DNA of 64,000 nucleotides from an uncultured Verrucomicrobiota bacterium (GTDB lineage: Bacteria > Verrucomicrobiota > Verrucomicrobiia > Limisphaerales > MWDV01): contig CAZJTM010000004.1 in assembly GCA_964548925.1 (NCBI GenBank), forward strand, positions 4,715 to 68,714, read 5' to 3'. Position 1 is the stretch's first letter. Every line of letters begins with the position of its first letter. The position numbers and the translations under genes were made by a program. Under the pieces are notes generated by a model, which worked only from the letters and a program-made list of their open reading frames with translations, was not told where the DNA came from and searched no databases. Shown here piece by piece: positions 1 through 9,600 of the stretch.

Positions 1-2769
1 GGTGAGTGGCGAAACGGGAGAGCCCGGCACATCTTCGTAGATGCCGTTCACCGTGGAACAATGCTGAAGCGTGGTGCCCGCCGGCCAGGTGATCGTCACG
101 TTGACCCCGGACTTGACAACGCTGAGGGCCGCCGTGCCGGCCTTGCCCATGAGGTAATGCGTGGCGATGCTTGCATCGGAGAGCGCCTGGTCGTAGATGG
201 CCACTTCGTCAACCTCGCCGGCGAAGTTGCCCGCCCAGCCGTTGCCCGCTGCGCCGATTGCCCAGTCGCCATCGGTGACCGACAGCGCGCCCACGGCGGC
301 GGCCGAGGTCGCCACGCGCACGCCGTTTCGGTAGAGCTTCCAGTTCGCGCCATCATAGGCGCCGACGAGGTGAATCCAATCGTCGCCTCCCAGATCGCCG
401 GCGGGGACGGGGAAGCTGGCCGCGTAGGTCGTGGTTTCGAACTCGACGTTGTTCGTGTAGATCGTCTTCGTCGAGCCGACCACGTAATTCGCGCCCGCGC
501 CATCAATCATCAGGAACACCTCGGAACTGTTGGTGAGCGCGCCATCGGGCGGAGCCACGGGATAGTCCGTCAGGGTCGGCGGCCCGTGCGACAGAATGCG
601 GGCGGGATCGGCTTGAGCCGCGCCGGGTTTCACCCAGGCTTCCAGCGTGATCTGGCCGGTGAGGTTCAAGCCGGCGGGATTGTTCAAGCTGGCCCACTGT
701 TTCGATCCATCCAATGGCAGGCCCGTGTTGGCCGTCTCAAATCCGGCATACGCCGGGGGTCGGGGGCCGGCCACGACATTGGTGGTCATGCACAGGTTGG
801 CGGCGGCGGAGGCGCCGAGGGAGCCGCTGTTGGCCGCGGGGCTGTAAGCCGTGTCATTCAAGCGGAGGTACGTGGCGGGAATGGTGCCTTCCGGGATCGG
901 CGCGCCGAAGGTTTCGAGTTGCCGCTCGGCGGGGGCGGTCATGACCAACGTGGCGTAATTTGTGCCGAAGGTTGAATTGATGCCGGCTTGATAGTGCGCC
1001 TGAATCTGGTCGGGAGTCAGGATGCAGTTGTTGTAGATCGCCAGTTCGGCCACGTCGCCCTCGAACGGGTTGTTGCCGAGCGTTGAAGCGGCGTTATAGG
1101 CGCCGATGGCCAGGTCCGCCGGTTCGCCGCCGTCCTCCGGGGGATTGGCGTTCGCGGCGTATAGCGCGGCGGTATTCGAGGCGACGGGGACGCCGTCCAC
1201 GTAAGCGGTCAACACGCCCTGCCACTGGTTGTTGCCCGTGCCGCCGGGGTCGCCGAAATCCTGCTCCGGCTCCCAGGTCACCACCAAATGCTGCCACTTG
1301 CCGATTTCGTAGTCGGTGCCGGTCAGCACGTCATGCCCGCTCCCGGTCGCGCCGTCGAACATCCGAAAACACCAGCCGTGCCCTTCGTTGTTGATGCCGG
1401 GCACGTTGGCGTAAGAGGCGTTCGGGAAGCGTTGGAAGATCACCCAGCCGGTGCGATGGCCGAGTTTGGGCCAGCGATTGTTGACGGGGCACTGCCCGCC
1501 CTGCCGATCGCGCATGGGGCGGAGCCAGGCCTCAAACGTGAATGGCGTGCCGGCGCTGCCGGTGCCCGAGCCGGTGATGTCGCCGTTGTTCTTTGAGTTG
1601 TACGGCAGGGTCGTCACGGCATAGCCGTTTCGGTTTTGGTAGGCGGCCGCGCCGGAGGACTGGTCCGACCGGACGGCGCCGGGGGCCGGATGCCGGACCG
1701 CAGCGCTATGGGTTCCCAGTCCGCTGGATTTCAGCGCGCCCAGGTTGACCGCGAGGTCCGGCGCCGGAGCAATCTCGTTGAGCCGCAGGTACACGGTCGG
1801 ATTCCGCGACAGAATGAGCGAGCTGTAGGATTGGGTGCGATTGGCATTCGTCCCGTTTTGGTAGTGTGCCAGAATCTCCCCCGCCGTGAGTTTCGCCGGA
1901 TACCACGCGTACTCGTCCAGCCCGCCGACCCACGGATTGGCATTTCCATAAACGCCGCCCGGGTTGGCGTTGTTGTATCCGCCGAGCGCCATCGCGGGCT
2001 GTCCGTTCGGGGCGTTTTCGGCGTCGTGGTTGCCCGTGCAAGGTCCATAGCCGGGATTCGTTCCCGTGCTCCCCCCGTTCCAAACGGCCTGGTTGGCCTG
2101 CACCCCGTCAATGTAAATGGTCAGGGTGGCGTTACTGACCAGCACCGGGTCGTAAACCACCGCCACGTGCTGCCACTTCCCAAACTGAAACGGAACTTCG
2201 CTGCGGACCTGGAGTCGGGAACTCGTCGAAAGGTCATCATACATCACGAAATGCCAGCCCACGCCGGGGCCGGTGTTGGGATGGTTGCCGTTCGCCGCGC
2301 GCTGGTAAATGACCCAGCCCTGCCGGTTGTCGCTCCCGCCGACGCGCACGAAGCGATTGGCCACCACCGCCATGCCGGTGCCGACCTGATCATTTACCGG
2401 CAGTACCCAGAATTCGACCGTGAACGGCTGGGTGTTCGGCGTGTTCAACGCCGGGTTGAACGGAATTTCAGTCCGCGTGGTGAAATCAAAGAACGCCGCG
2501 CGGTCGCTGTCGCCCACGATTGCGCCCGGAATGGAATGGAGCGCGCCGCCAGTGAGCGTGGCCAGATCGTTGGTGGCGTCCCCGGCCGCGCCCAAGCTGC
2601 CGCTGTTGCGGTTGATGAGGGAACGGGTGGTGTCGTCGTTCAGACGATAGTAGGCCTTTGGGCCATCACTCAGGACGGCGGATGCGTAGTCGGCGCGCGT
2701 GGTGGCGCAAGCCAGCAAGGCCAGCCCCGCCACAGCGGCGATGTGTTTCAAGGAGGATTGGGTCTGCAT
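1..2769 (-). CDS. Secreted LamG/concanavalin-A-like lectin repeat protein, partial (C-terminus runs off the left edge)
   Basis: Absent from the ORF track because it has no stop in the window. Manual reverse-strand translation from the ATG at 2769 (cat at 2767-2769) gives MQTQSSLKHIAAVAGLALLACATTRADYASAVLSDGPKAYYRLND... The frame stays open for 923 codons to position 1. It has a signal peptide and three LamG-type repeats that end LDEYAWY..AHY, VAELAIY..AHY and VDEVAIY..THY. The last residues (..VNVTITWPAGTTLQHCSTVNGIYEDVPG..) begin the C-terminal module also seen in other secreted proteins here. The plus-strand ORFs 61..975 and 1636..2796 are Arg/Gly-rich antisense shadows of this gene. Confidence 0.8.
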   Translation of the reverse strand, partial: MQTQSSLKHIAAVAGLALLACATTRADYASAVLSDGPKAYYRLNDDTTRSLINRNSGSLGAAGDATNDLATLTGGALHSIPGAIVGDSDRAAFFDFTTRTEIPFNPALNTPNTQPFTVEFWVLPVNDQVGTGMAVVANRFVRVGGSDNRQGWVIYQRAANGNHPNTGPGVGWHFVMYDDLSTSSRLQVRSEVPFQFGKWQHVAVVYDPVLVSNATLTIYIDGVQANQAVWNGGSTGTNPGYGPCTGNHDAENAPNGQPAMALGGYNNANPGGVYGNANPWVGGLDEYAWYPAKLTAGEILAHYQNGTNANRTQSYSSLILSRNPTVYLRLNEIAPAPDLAVNLGALKSSGLGTHSAAVRHPAPGAVRSDQSSGAAAYQNRNGYAVTTLPYNSKNNGDITGSGTGSAGTPFTFEAWLRPMRDRQGGQCPVNNRWPKLGHRTGWVIFQRFPNASYANVPGINNEGHGWCFRMFDGATGSGHDVLTGTDYEIGKWQHLVVTWEPEQDFGDPGGTGNNQWQGVLTAYVDGVPVASNTAALYAANANPPEDGGEPADLAIGAYNAASTLGNNPFEGDVAELAIYNNCILTPDQIQAHYQAGINSTFGTNYATLVMTAPAERQLETFGAPIPEGTIPATYLRLNDTAYSPAANSGSLGASAAANLCMTTNVVAGPRPPAYAGFETANTGLPLDGSKQWASLNNPAGLNLTGQITLEAWVKPGAAQADPARILSHGPPTLTDYPVAPPDGALTNSSEVFLMIDGAGANYVVGSTKTIYTNNVEFETTTYAASFPVPAGDLGGDDWIHLVGAYDGANWKLYRNGVRVATSAAAVGALSVTDGDWAIGAAGNGWAGNFAGEVDEVAIYDQALSDASIATHYLMGKAGTAALSVVKSGVNVTITWPAGTTLQHCSTVNGIYEDVPGSPVSPLT

Positions 2770-3048
2770 GGAGTGTGCGGTGTTGTTGTTACTTGAGTTT
2801 GTTGTTGTCACCTGACCCTGGGACTTCAGCCCGTCAGCAGCCACTCCCCGGATTGCCATGTCGGGCTTCGGTTCCCAAAGACGTGTTCTCATTACGCCCA
2901 TAAGCGGGCTCCGTCAACCCAGCAAATGCAACGAACTGGTCACAAGGCGCATTGCAGTCTCCCGCAACTTGGCTGCATGCCTGCCGTGCTCCGCAGGATT
3001 CCCGCACGAATCACCGTGGATGGCAACCCACGGTTTGCCACATCCGCG

Positions 3049-3900
3049 CTACGGCAACCTGCCAAAATAAAAACTCACCGCGCCGGCATACTCCCCCTGC
3101 CCCACGTTGGGCTCGCCTTGCGGACCACCTTGGGCGGCGGGCTTGAACTTCGTGTCAATCGGCGGGATCGCGTGCAGGAAGCCCAGCCCGCATGCCGGCA
3201 GGTTGAACTTGGTGTTGGCCACAAGATCGTCCGGCGGTTGCTCGGGGGTGAGCACTTGGACGAAGGGCACACCTTCCGGCACGACCGTGATCCAGCCCTC
3301 GCCCGTCTCCAGCTCCAGCCAGCGGACGTTCGCGAAACAGCCCTTGAATTCCGGGTAAACCCAATCTCGATGGCCGGTGATGGTGTTGTTGTAATCGTTT
3401 TCCCAAAGCCCGAGGGAAACACCCCGCAGGCGATTCTTCCACACGCGAAACGGGCCGTCCCCCAGCCAGCGTTTGCGCTTGACCAGGTTCTCCGGGTAAT
3501 CGAACACGACGCCAATGAAATTCCGCGGACCGGTTGCGGCGTAATTGAACTCGCATCGCAACCAACCCTCACGGCGCAGGCGCCAAACGATTTCCTTCAT
3601 GTCGCCGTTGAACGGCGCCCACGGATGCAACACGCGGCGTTTTTGTGGGTCAAACTCCAGGAAGACCTGATCCAAGTTGGTGTTGAAGCCGCCTTCGTTG
3701 CCATTGTCCCAGAACAGAATCGAGGGATGGTTCACGTCGCGGGTGACGGTTTCCTCGACCAGCCTCGTGCCGATGTCGGTGTCGTAGAATTTCTGCCATC
3801 CGCCAAGCTCGTCGCGGACGTAAAGCCCCAACTCGTCGCAGAGATCGAGGAATTCGGCGCCGGTCGCAAACTTGCGACTCTTGCGCCACTCCGCCGTGAT
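3049..3900 (-). pseudogene. 5'-truncated glycoside hydrolase family 2 fragment (TIM-barrel and C-terminal part only)
   Basis: ORF 3049..3831 contains VNHPSILFWDNGNEGG, a GH2 acid/base-region motif. The listed M is a TTG. The frame continues upstream as ..FATGAEFLDLCDELGLYVRDE, which resembles LacZ ..LCDRYGLYVVDE. It is closed by an in-frame TGA at 3901-3903. No sugar-binding or Ig-like N-terminal domains are present, and the divergent GH95 gene starts at 3942. Confidence 0.7.
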
Positions 3901-3941
3901 TCAGACTCGCCATCGCCCACGCCATTCTCGAATCTGTCGCC

Positions 3942-6350
3942 ATGAAACTGACAACCTCCTCCCGCCTGTTTGCCAGTTGCGTCCTGTTCCTCCGGATCGC
4001 GCCGGTCGCCGCGTCACCGGATGAGGCCGTTGCCGACCAGTTCTTCAGCGAGGCGCCCCCACCCGCGGCTCCGCTGAGCCTCTGGTATCGCCGCCCGGCC
4101 ACGGTCTGGACCGAGGCGCTGCCCGTCGGAAATGGACGGCTCGGCGCGATGGTGTTTGGCCGCACGGTCGAGGAGCGGGTTCAGTTCAACGAGTCCACGC
4201 TCTGGATCGGTGAGCCACACGATTACTCGCGGCCCGGCGCGGCCCGGCATCTCCCGGAACTCCGCCGGCTGCTGTTCGCGGGGAAACAGAAGGAGGCGGA
4301 AGACCTTGCGATGCGGGAATTCATGAGCGTGCCGTTGCGCCAAATGCCCTATCAACCGTTTGCGGATGTGCGCCTCACCTTCCCCGGCCACGAACCAGTC
4401 ACGAACTACCGCCGTGAGTTGAGCCTGGATGAGGCCGTCGTCCGGGTCAGCTACGAAACTGGCGGCGTGACGTTCCAGCGTGAAGTCTTCGCCAGCGCGC
4501 CCGGGCAAGTGCTCGTCATCCGCCTCACCGCCAGTCAACCGGGCGCGTTGAACCTCCGCGCCACGTTTACGTGTCCCCACTCGAATGCAACCCTCTCCGC
4601 CGTCAGCGCAACCCGCCTCGCCCTCCGTGGACGTCTGAAAGACAACGATGACCGCAACCAGGTGAAGTTCGCGAATCCGCTCCGGTTCGAGGCGCAACTC
4701 GAAGCCCAATCGGGAGGCGGCTCGGTGAAGGTCAGCGATCAGGGAATCGAAGTGAAAGATGCGACCACAGCCACGTTGCTGCTGGCGGCAGCGACGAGCT
4801 TCAGAAACTTCCAAGACGTTTCGGGAAATCCGACGACGGCGTGCAAGGATACGCTGAAGCGGGCAGCGGGAAAGCCGTTCGACAAGCTCCGTCAAGCGCA
4901 CGTCGCCGATCATCAGCGGTTGTTCCACCGCGTTGCGTTGGACCTCGGCCCTAGCACCGGCACGTCACTGCCGACGGATGAACGATTGATGCGGAATACG
5001 CAGACCGAGGACGCGGGTCTGGCTGCGCTCGTCTTCCAATACGGCCGCTACCTGCTCATCGCCTCCAGCCGGCCCGGCGGTCAGCCTGCGAACCTTCAGG
5101 GCATCTGGAATGAGAGTCTCAACCCGCCTTGGGACAGCAAGTACACCTGCAACATCAACACCGAGATGAACTACTGGCCGGCCGAGGTTTGTAACTTGGC
5201 CGAGTGCCACATCCCCCTCTTTGACGCGCTGGACGATCTGGTCATTTCCGGCCGGAAGACGGCGCGGAATCACTACGCCGCACGGGGCTGGGTGCTGCAT
5301 CACAACTTCGATCTCTGGCGTGGCACGGCGCCGATCAACCACAGCAACCACGGCATCTGGGTCACCGGCGGCGCGTGGCTGAGCCTGCATCTGTGGGAGA
5401 GCTTCCTCTTTTCGCAGGACGAGGCGTTCCTGCGCCAACGCGCCTACCCGGTGCTGAAGGAGGCCGCGCGGTTCTTCACCGATTTTCTGGTCGAAGACCC
5501 GAAAACGAAATGGCTCATCAGCGGCCCGTCGAATTCTCCCGAGCAAGGGGGGCTGGTGATGGGGCCGACGATGGATCATCAGATCATCCGTTCGCTCTTC
5601 GGCGCCACCGCCGAGGCCGCGTGGTTGTTGAAAACGGACGCCGCGTTCGCGGCGGAGCTTGACGCTCTGCGCGCCCGCCTCGCGCCCAATCAAATCGGCC
5701 GGCACGGCCAGTTGCAGGAGTGGCTGAAGGATTTGGACGATCCAAAGAACCCGCACCGCCACGTCTCGCATCTGTGGGGCGTGTACCCCGGCCACGACAT
5801 CACCTGGCAAACCCCCAACTTCCTCCACGCCGCCCGGCAGTCGCTGCTGTTCCGCGGCGACGCGGCCACCGGCTGGAGCATGGGCTGGAAGGTGAATCTC
5901 TGGGCGCACTTCCTCGATGGCGACCACGCCTACTTGATCCTGCGCAACCTCCTCGCCCCGCTCTCCGAGGGCAAGGGCGGGCTGTATCCAAACCTGTTCG
6001 ACGCCCATCCGCCGTTTCAAATTGACGGCAACTTTGGCGCCACGGCGGGCATCGCCGAGATGCTGCTCCAAAGCCACGTGGTTGAACCCCGAAGTCCGGG
6101 CGGCGGGGTGCGCGTCCTGCATTTGCTGCCGGCTCTGCCCGCCGCCTGGCCCAACGGTAGCGTGACGGGGTTGCGCGCCCGCGGCGGCTTTGAAGTGGAC
6201 TTGTCGTGGAGCGAGGGCAGGCTCGCGTCCGCCACCCTCCGCAGTCTGAACGGTACGGCCTGTGAGGTGCGTTGCGGGCGCGCGACGGTGGAGCTGCAGG
6301 TGCCGCGCGGCGCGTCAGTCACCTTGGATGGCGCGTTAAGCCGCCGATAG
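3942..6350 (+). CDS. Glycoside hydrolase family 95 (alpha-L-fucosidase-like), secreted
   Basis: 802-aa ORF with an ATG at 3942 and signal peptide [25 protein letters not shown]. The N-terminal [32 protein letters not shown] signature is typical of GH95. Size and the (alpha/alpha)6 catalytic region are consistent with that family. Confidence 0.9.
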   Translation: MKLTTSSRLFASCVLFLRIAPVAASPDEAVADQFFSEAPPPAAPLSLWYRRPATVWTEALPVGNGRLGAMVFGRTVEERVQFNESTLWIGEPHDYSRPGAARHLPELRRLLFAGKQKEAEDLAMREFMSVPLRQMPYQPFADVRLTFPGHEPVTNYRRELSLDEAVVRVSYETGGVTFQREVFASAPGQVLVIRLTASQPGALNLRATFTCPHSNATLSAVSATRLALRGRLKDNDDRNQVKFANPLRFEAQLEAQSGGGSVKVSDQGIEVKDATTATLLLAAATSFRNFQDVSGNPTTACKDTLKRAAGKPFDKLRQAHVADHQRLFHRVALDLGPSTGTSLPTDERLMRNTQTEDAGLAALVFQYGRYLLIASSRPGGQPANLQGIWNESLNPPWDSKYTCNINTEMNYWPAEVCNLAECHIPLFDALDDLVISGRKTARNHYAARGWVLHHNFDLWRGTAPINHSNHGIWVTGGAWLSLHLWESFLFSQDEAFLRQRAYPVLKEAARFFTDFLVEDPKTKWLISGPSNSPEQGGLVMGPTMDHQIIRSLFGATAEAAWLLKTDAAFAAELDALRARLAPNQIGRHGQLQEWLKDLDDPKNPHRHVSHLWGVYPGHDITWQTPNFLHAARQSLLFRGDAATGWSMGWKVNLWAHFLDGDHAYLILRNLLAPLSEGKGGLYPNLFDAHPPFQIDGNFGATAGIAEMLLQSHVVEPRSPGGGVRVLHLLPALPAAWPNGSVTGLRARGGFEVDLSWSEGRLASATLRSLNGTACEVRCGRATVELQVPRGASVTLDGALSRR

Positions 6351-6602
6351 TGCGGGCGCTCACAAATCGAACACGCATCATCCCCTGCCCCGCCTTTCGG
6401 AACAAGGCGCGCAGCCCCGAGCCACTGACCTTTCCCACGGAGGCCAGTTCCTTGGCCTTCCAATCGCGCTGCGGGTTCGCGGCAGCCTTCGGACGACGGT
6501 TCGCGTCAATTCGAGGAACCGCCGTCTCGACCGATGGCCGAGAGAACTTGGCCGGGTTGACAAGGCGTCTTGGAATTCCTGGACTCCGGCGCGGCGCAAA
6601 CG

Positions 6603-9600
6603 CTAGTCGCAGCGCAGCCGGTAGAACTTCGTGCCGCCAGCCGGGCTGAGCGTGACGCGGGCGACGCCGTTGGTCAGGACAACCGTCACGCCTTGCGCCG
6701 GCGTCCAGTTCATGGTCGGGCCGAGGGCCGTGGCTTCTTCCAGCGCGCAGTTGGGACGCGTCGGCACCCACTCGATGACGTGCTTCCCAGCCTCGGCGCG
6801 GAGGGTCAGCGGGCCGGCGTTCGGCGTGGTCGGAGCCTCCACCAAGCGGTAGAAGGTTTGCGTGTCGGCTGCGGGCAGCGCCACGACGCGTTCCCACGTG
6901 CCGTTCAACGTCACCGTGCGCACGGTCTGCCACGGGGCACCGACCACGTTTGTCGCGCTCTGGACCCAGTAGGTCACCCCAGGCCGGCCGTACAGCGTCA
7001 ATGCACAGAGTTGGTTCGCGCGGGTCAGATCGCTGGCGATGGGTTCCTCGCCAATGATGAAGATGCGCCCGGCTTCGCCCTCGGCATTGCTCATCGGCGT
7101 GCCGGACGCGGCGATGCCGAGGACGTTGTCCAACGCGATCGTGCCCACGGCGGAATGCGGATGCGGCACGGTGCCAAAGCGCAGTTCCGCAAGGTTCACC
7201 GCGCCGAACAGCGGGTTGCCGCCGGCGGCTTCCAGCGTCGCCGCAAAGGTGTTTGTGGCCGTGCGCAACAACGCCAGCGAGGTCAGCTCCGGACGCAGCG
7301 GCTGCCACACCAGATTGGTGAGCCGGGCCTCGTCGGCGGTCAGCGTGAACGACAGGTTGGTCAACGGCACGCCGGCGATCACGCGCAACGGCAGTGCGCC
7401 CGCCCCTCCGCTCAACACGTTGGTCGTGCCAAACCCGACGAAGAAGTCGCTCATCGTGTCGAGCACGGTGACGAGGAACGTCTGCGTGGCGGCGAGACTG
7501 CCCGAGCCGTTGTCGCGGACAATGACGGTGATGGGATTGGTGGTGCCGCCCTGGAACTCGGTGGGTTTCCAGGTGAGCAAGCCGCTGGCGGCGTTGATGG
7601 CCACGCCGGCCGGCGCGCCCGCCCCAAGACTCCATGTGAGCTTCTGCGGCGGCAGGTCCGTGTCCAAGGCGGTGTTTGTCACATTCAGCCACCGCCCTTC
7701 CATCACGGTGACGTTCGTGAGCCTGCCCATCGTCGGCGCGGTGTTCACCTCATTCACGATGAGCGTGAAAGTGTCCGTGGCGCTCTTCTGCGGCACGCCG
7801 CTGTCACGCACGCGCCAGGTGATCGTGTTGGTGCTCGGGCCGTGGGCCTCGCTCGTGAGCCAACGCATTTCCCCGGTCGTGGGATTGAGCGTCAGCCCCG
7901 GCGGGCCGCTGACGAGGCTGAAGACGAGCAAGTCATCCGGCAGATTTGCATCCGTGACGACGGGCGTGAGCACAAACTCGCCGCCCTCGTCCACGGTGCG
8001 CATGCCGACGGGGGTGATTACCGGCGGGTGATTGATGAGCGTGACGGTGGTGACGGCGTCTGGCGTGATCGGCGCGGCTTCGCGGTTGCCGGCGGCGTCC
8101 ACGGCCACGCTGTAGAAGGCGTATTGCGTGCCGAACACGCCTTGGAACGACGCGGTGGTCAACTTGGTCCGCGTCAGCCACGGCAGGAACGGCCCGCCGT
8201 TGGCCGAGACAAACACATCATAGCCGGCCACGTCGCCCGTGTCGTCGCTGCCGCTCCATTGCACCTGGAAGGTTTCCCGGCTGTCGGTCGGCAACGCGGC
8301 AACCGAGCTGACCGGCGGCGTCGAGTCCGGCGCGGGCGGCAGCTCGTAATGCAGGGTGTAAACGCCCGTGCTGTCGTGATCAAGCAGGTGGAACAGGTGC
8401 TCATACACGGGCCGGCGGCCAAAACCGATGAACGTGCGGTCGGTCGTCCACGCGTTCGTGTTGAAGAAAATCTCGCGGCCATCCGAGCGCACGACGCGTT
8501 TGAGGATGAACTGGCCGGCGCCCGGATCGGGCACGCGCAGATAAACCCAGCCCGGCGGCATCGGCGCGGTGAGTTGGACGGCCAAGTTCTGCGCCGAGGG
8601 CGGGGCGGCCACGTTTGCCTGCTGCACAACCTCGACGTCATTCGTCGTACCGTCGCTCAGGAAGATCCTGTCCGGCAAATCCTCTGCGTCGGGCACGGCG
8701 TTGACGAGGAAGTCGAACTTGCCGTCGTCCAAGGCGCCCTGCGCCCGGACGAGGTGAATCATCTCGTGGATGGTGACCTCCTCGATGAGCGAGAGCCTGG
8801 TGTTCCCGAGGCTGTCGAGGTGCTCGAAGCTGGCTTTGTAGTCAGTGAACAAGCCTTGGAGCGTGGAGGTCAACAGCCAGCGGCCAATCGCGATCTGACC
8901 GTTGGTGATCGTGCCGAAGTTGGCCGTCAACGACGGCGTCATGTTCTGGCCGGCCACTTCCGTGGCAATGATCGCGAAGGCAATCAACAGGCCCCGCTCG
9001 TTGTCGACGATCTCCGGCTGGGCGGACGTGATGCGCACGTTCCGGGCGTCGCCCTTGCCGCGGTTTTCGATCATCACGGCGAGGTTATACGGGATGCTCG
9101 GCTCGACGACGTCCGTGAACGGATCGTCCGAATACACGTTGCGCTCGTGGAAATATTTCACGAAGAGGCGCGGGTTCGGATAGACAGTGATGGGCGCGGG
9201 CGCGAGCGGGACGCTGATTTCCAAGCCGTCCTGCACGTAACGCAACGTGCCGCTGACCCAGTAAGCCAACGGTTCATTCGGCGCGGCGTCGGAGGTTGGC
9301 ACAATGATCCACTCGGCCTTGCCGGTGCTGTTTGGCCCGATGACACCGCTGCCATTGACGGCCGAAATGCCGGTGAGCACCGGCGGGCGCAGGCCGAAGA
9401 GCGCCGTCTGGTTCGCGCCGTTCGCGTCCTGCACCACGACGTCCACGGACACGTTGTTCAACAGCGAGCCGGAATCGTTCACCACTTCGAGGGTGGCCTT
9501 GAAGGCGTCGCGCGAAATGACGGCCTCCTGGTCAATGCGCAGTTTGACCTGGGCGCAAACGCCGCTCATCGCCGCTTCGTTCCAGCCGAGCTTGCGCATG

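Noticed and set aside
61-2796. Plus-strand ORFs 61..975 and 1636..2796 as genes.
   Set aside because: The opposite strand carries an unlisted open frame of 923 codons with a signal peptide and LamG repeats. The plus-strand translations are Arg/Gly-rich nonsense.
6319-6602. Minus-strand tail ..DANRRPKAAANPQRDWKAKELASVGKVSGSGLRALFRKAGQG.. in the GH95/giant-gene spacer, which looks faintly like a helix-turn-helix or transposase fragment.
   Set aside because: It belongs to an out-of-frame shadow ORF (6319..7692). There is no start codon in the spacer, only moderate third-position bias, and a resemblance too vague to call.
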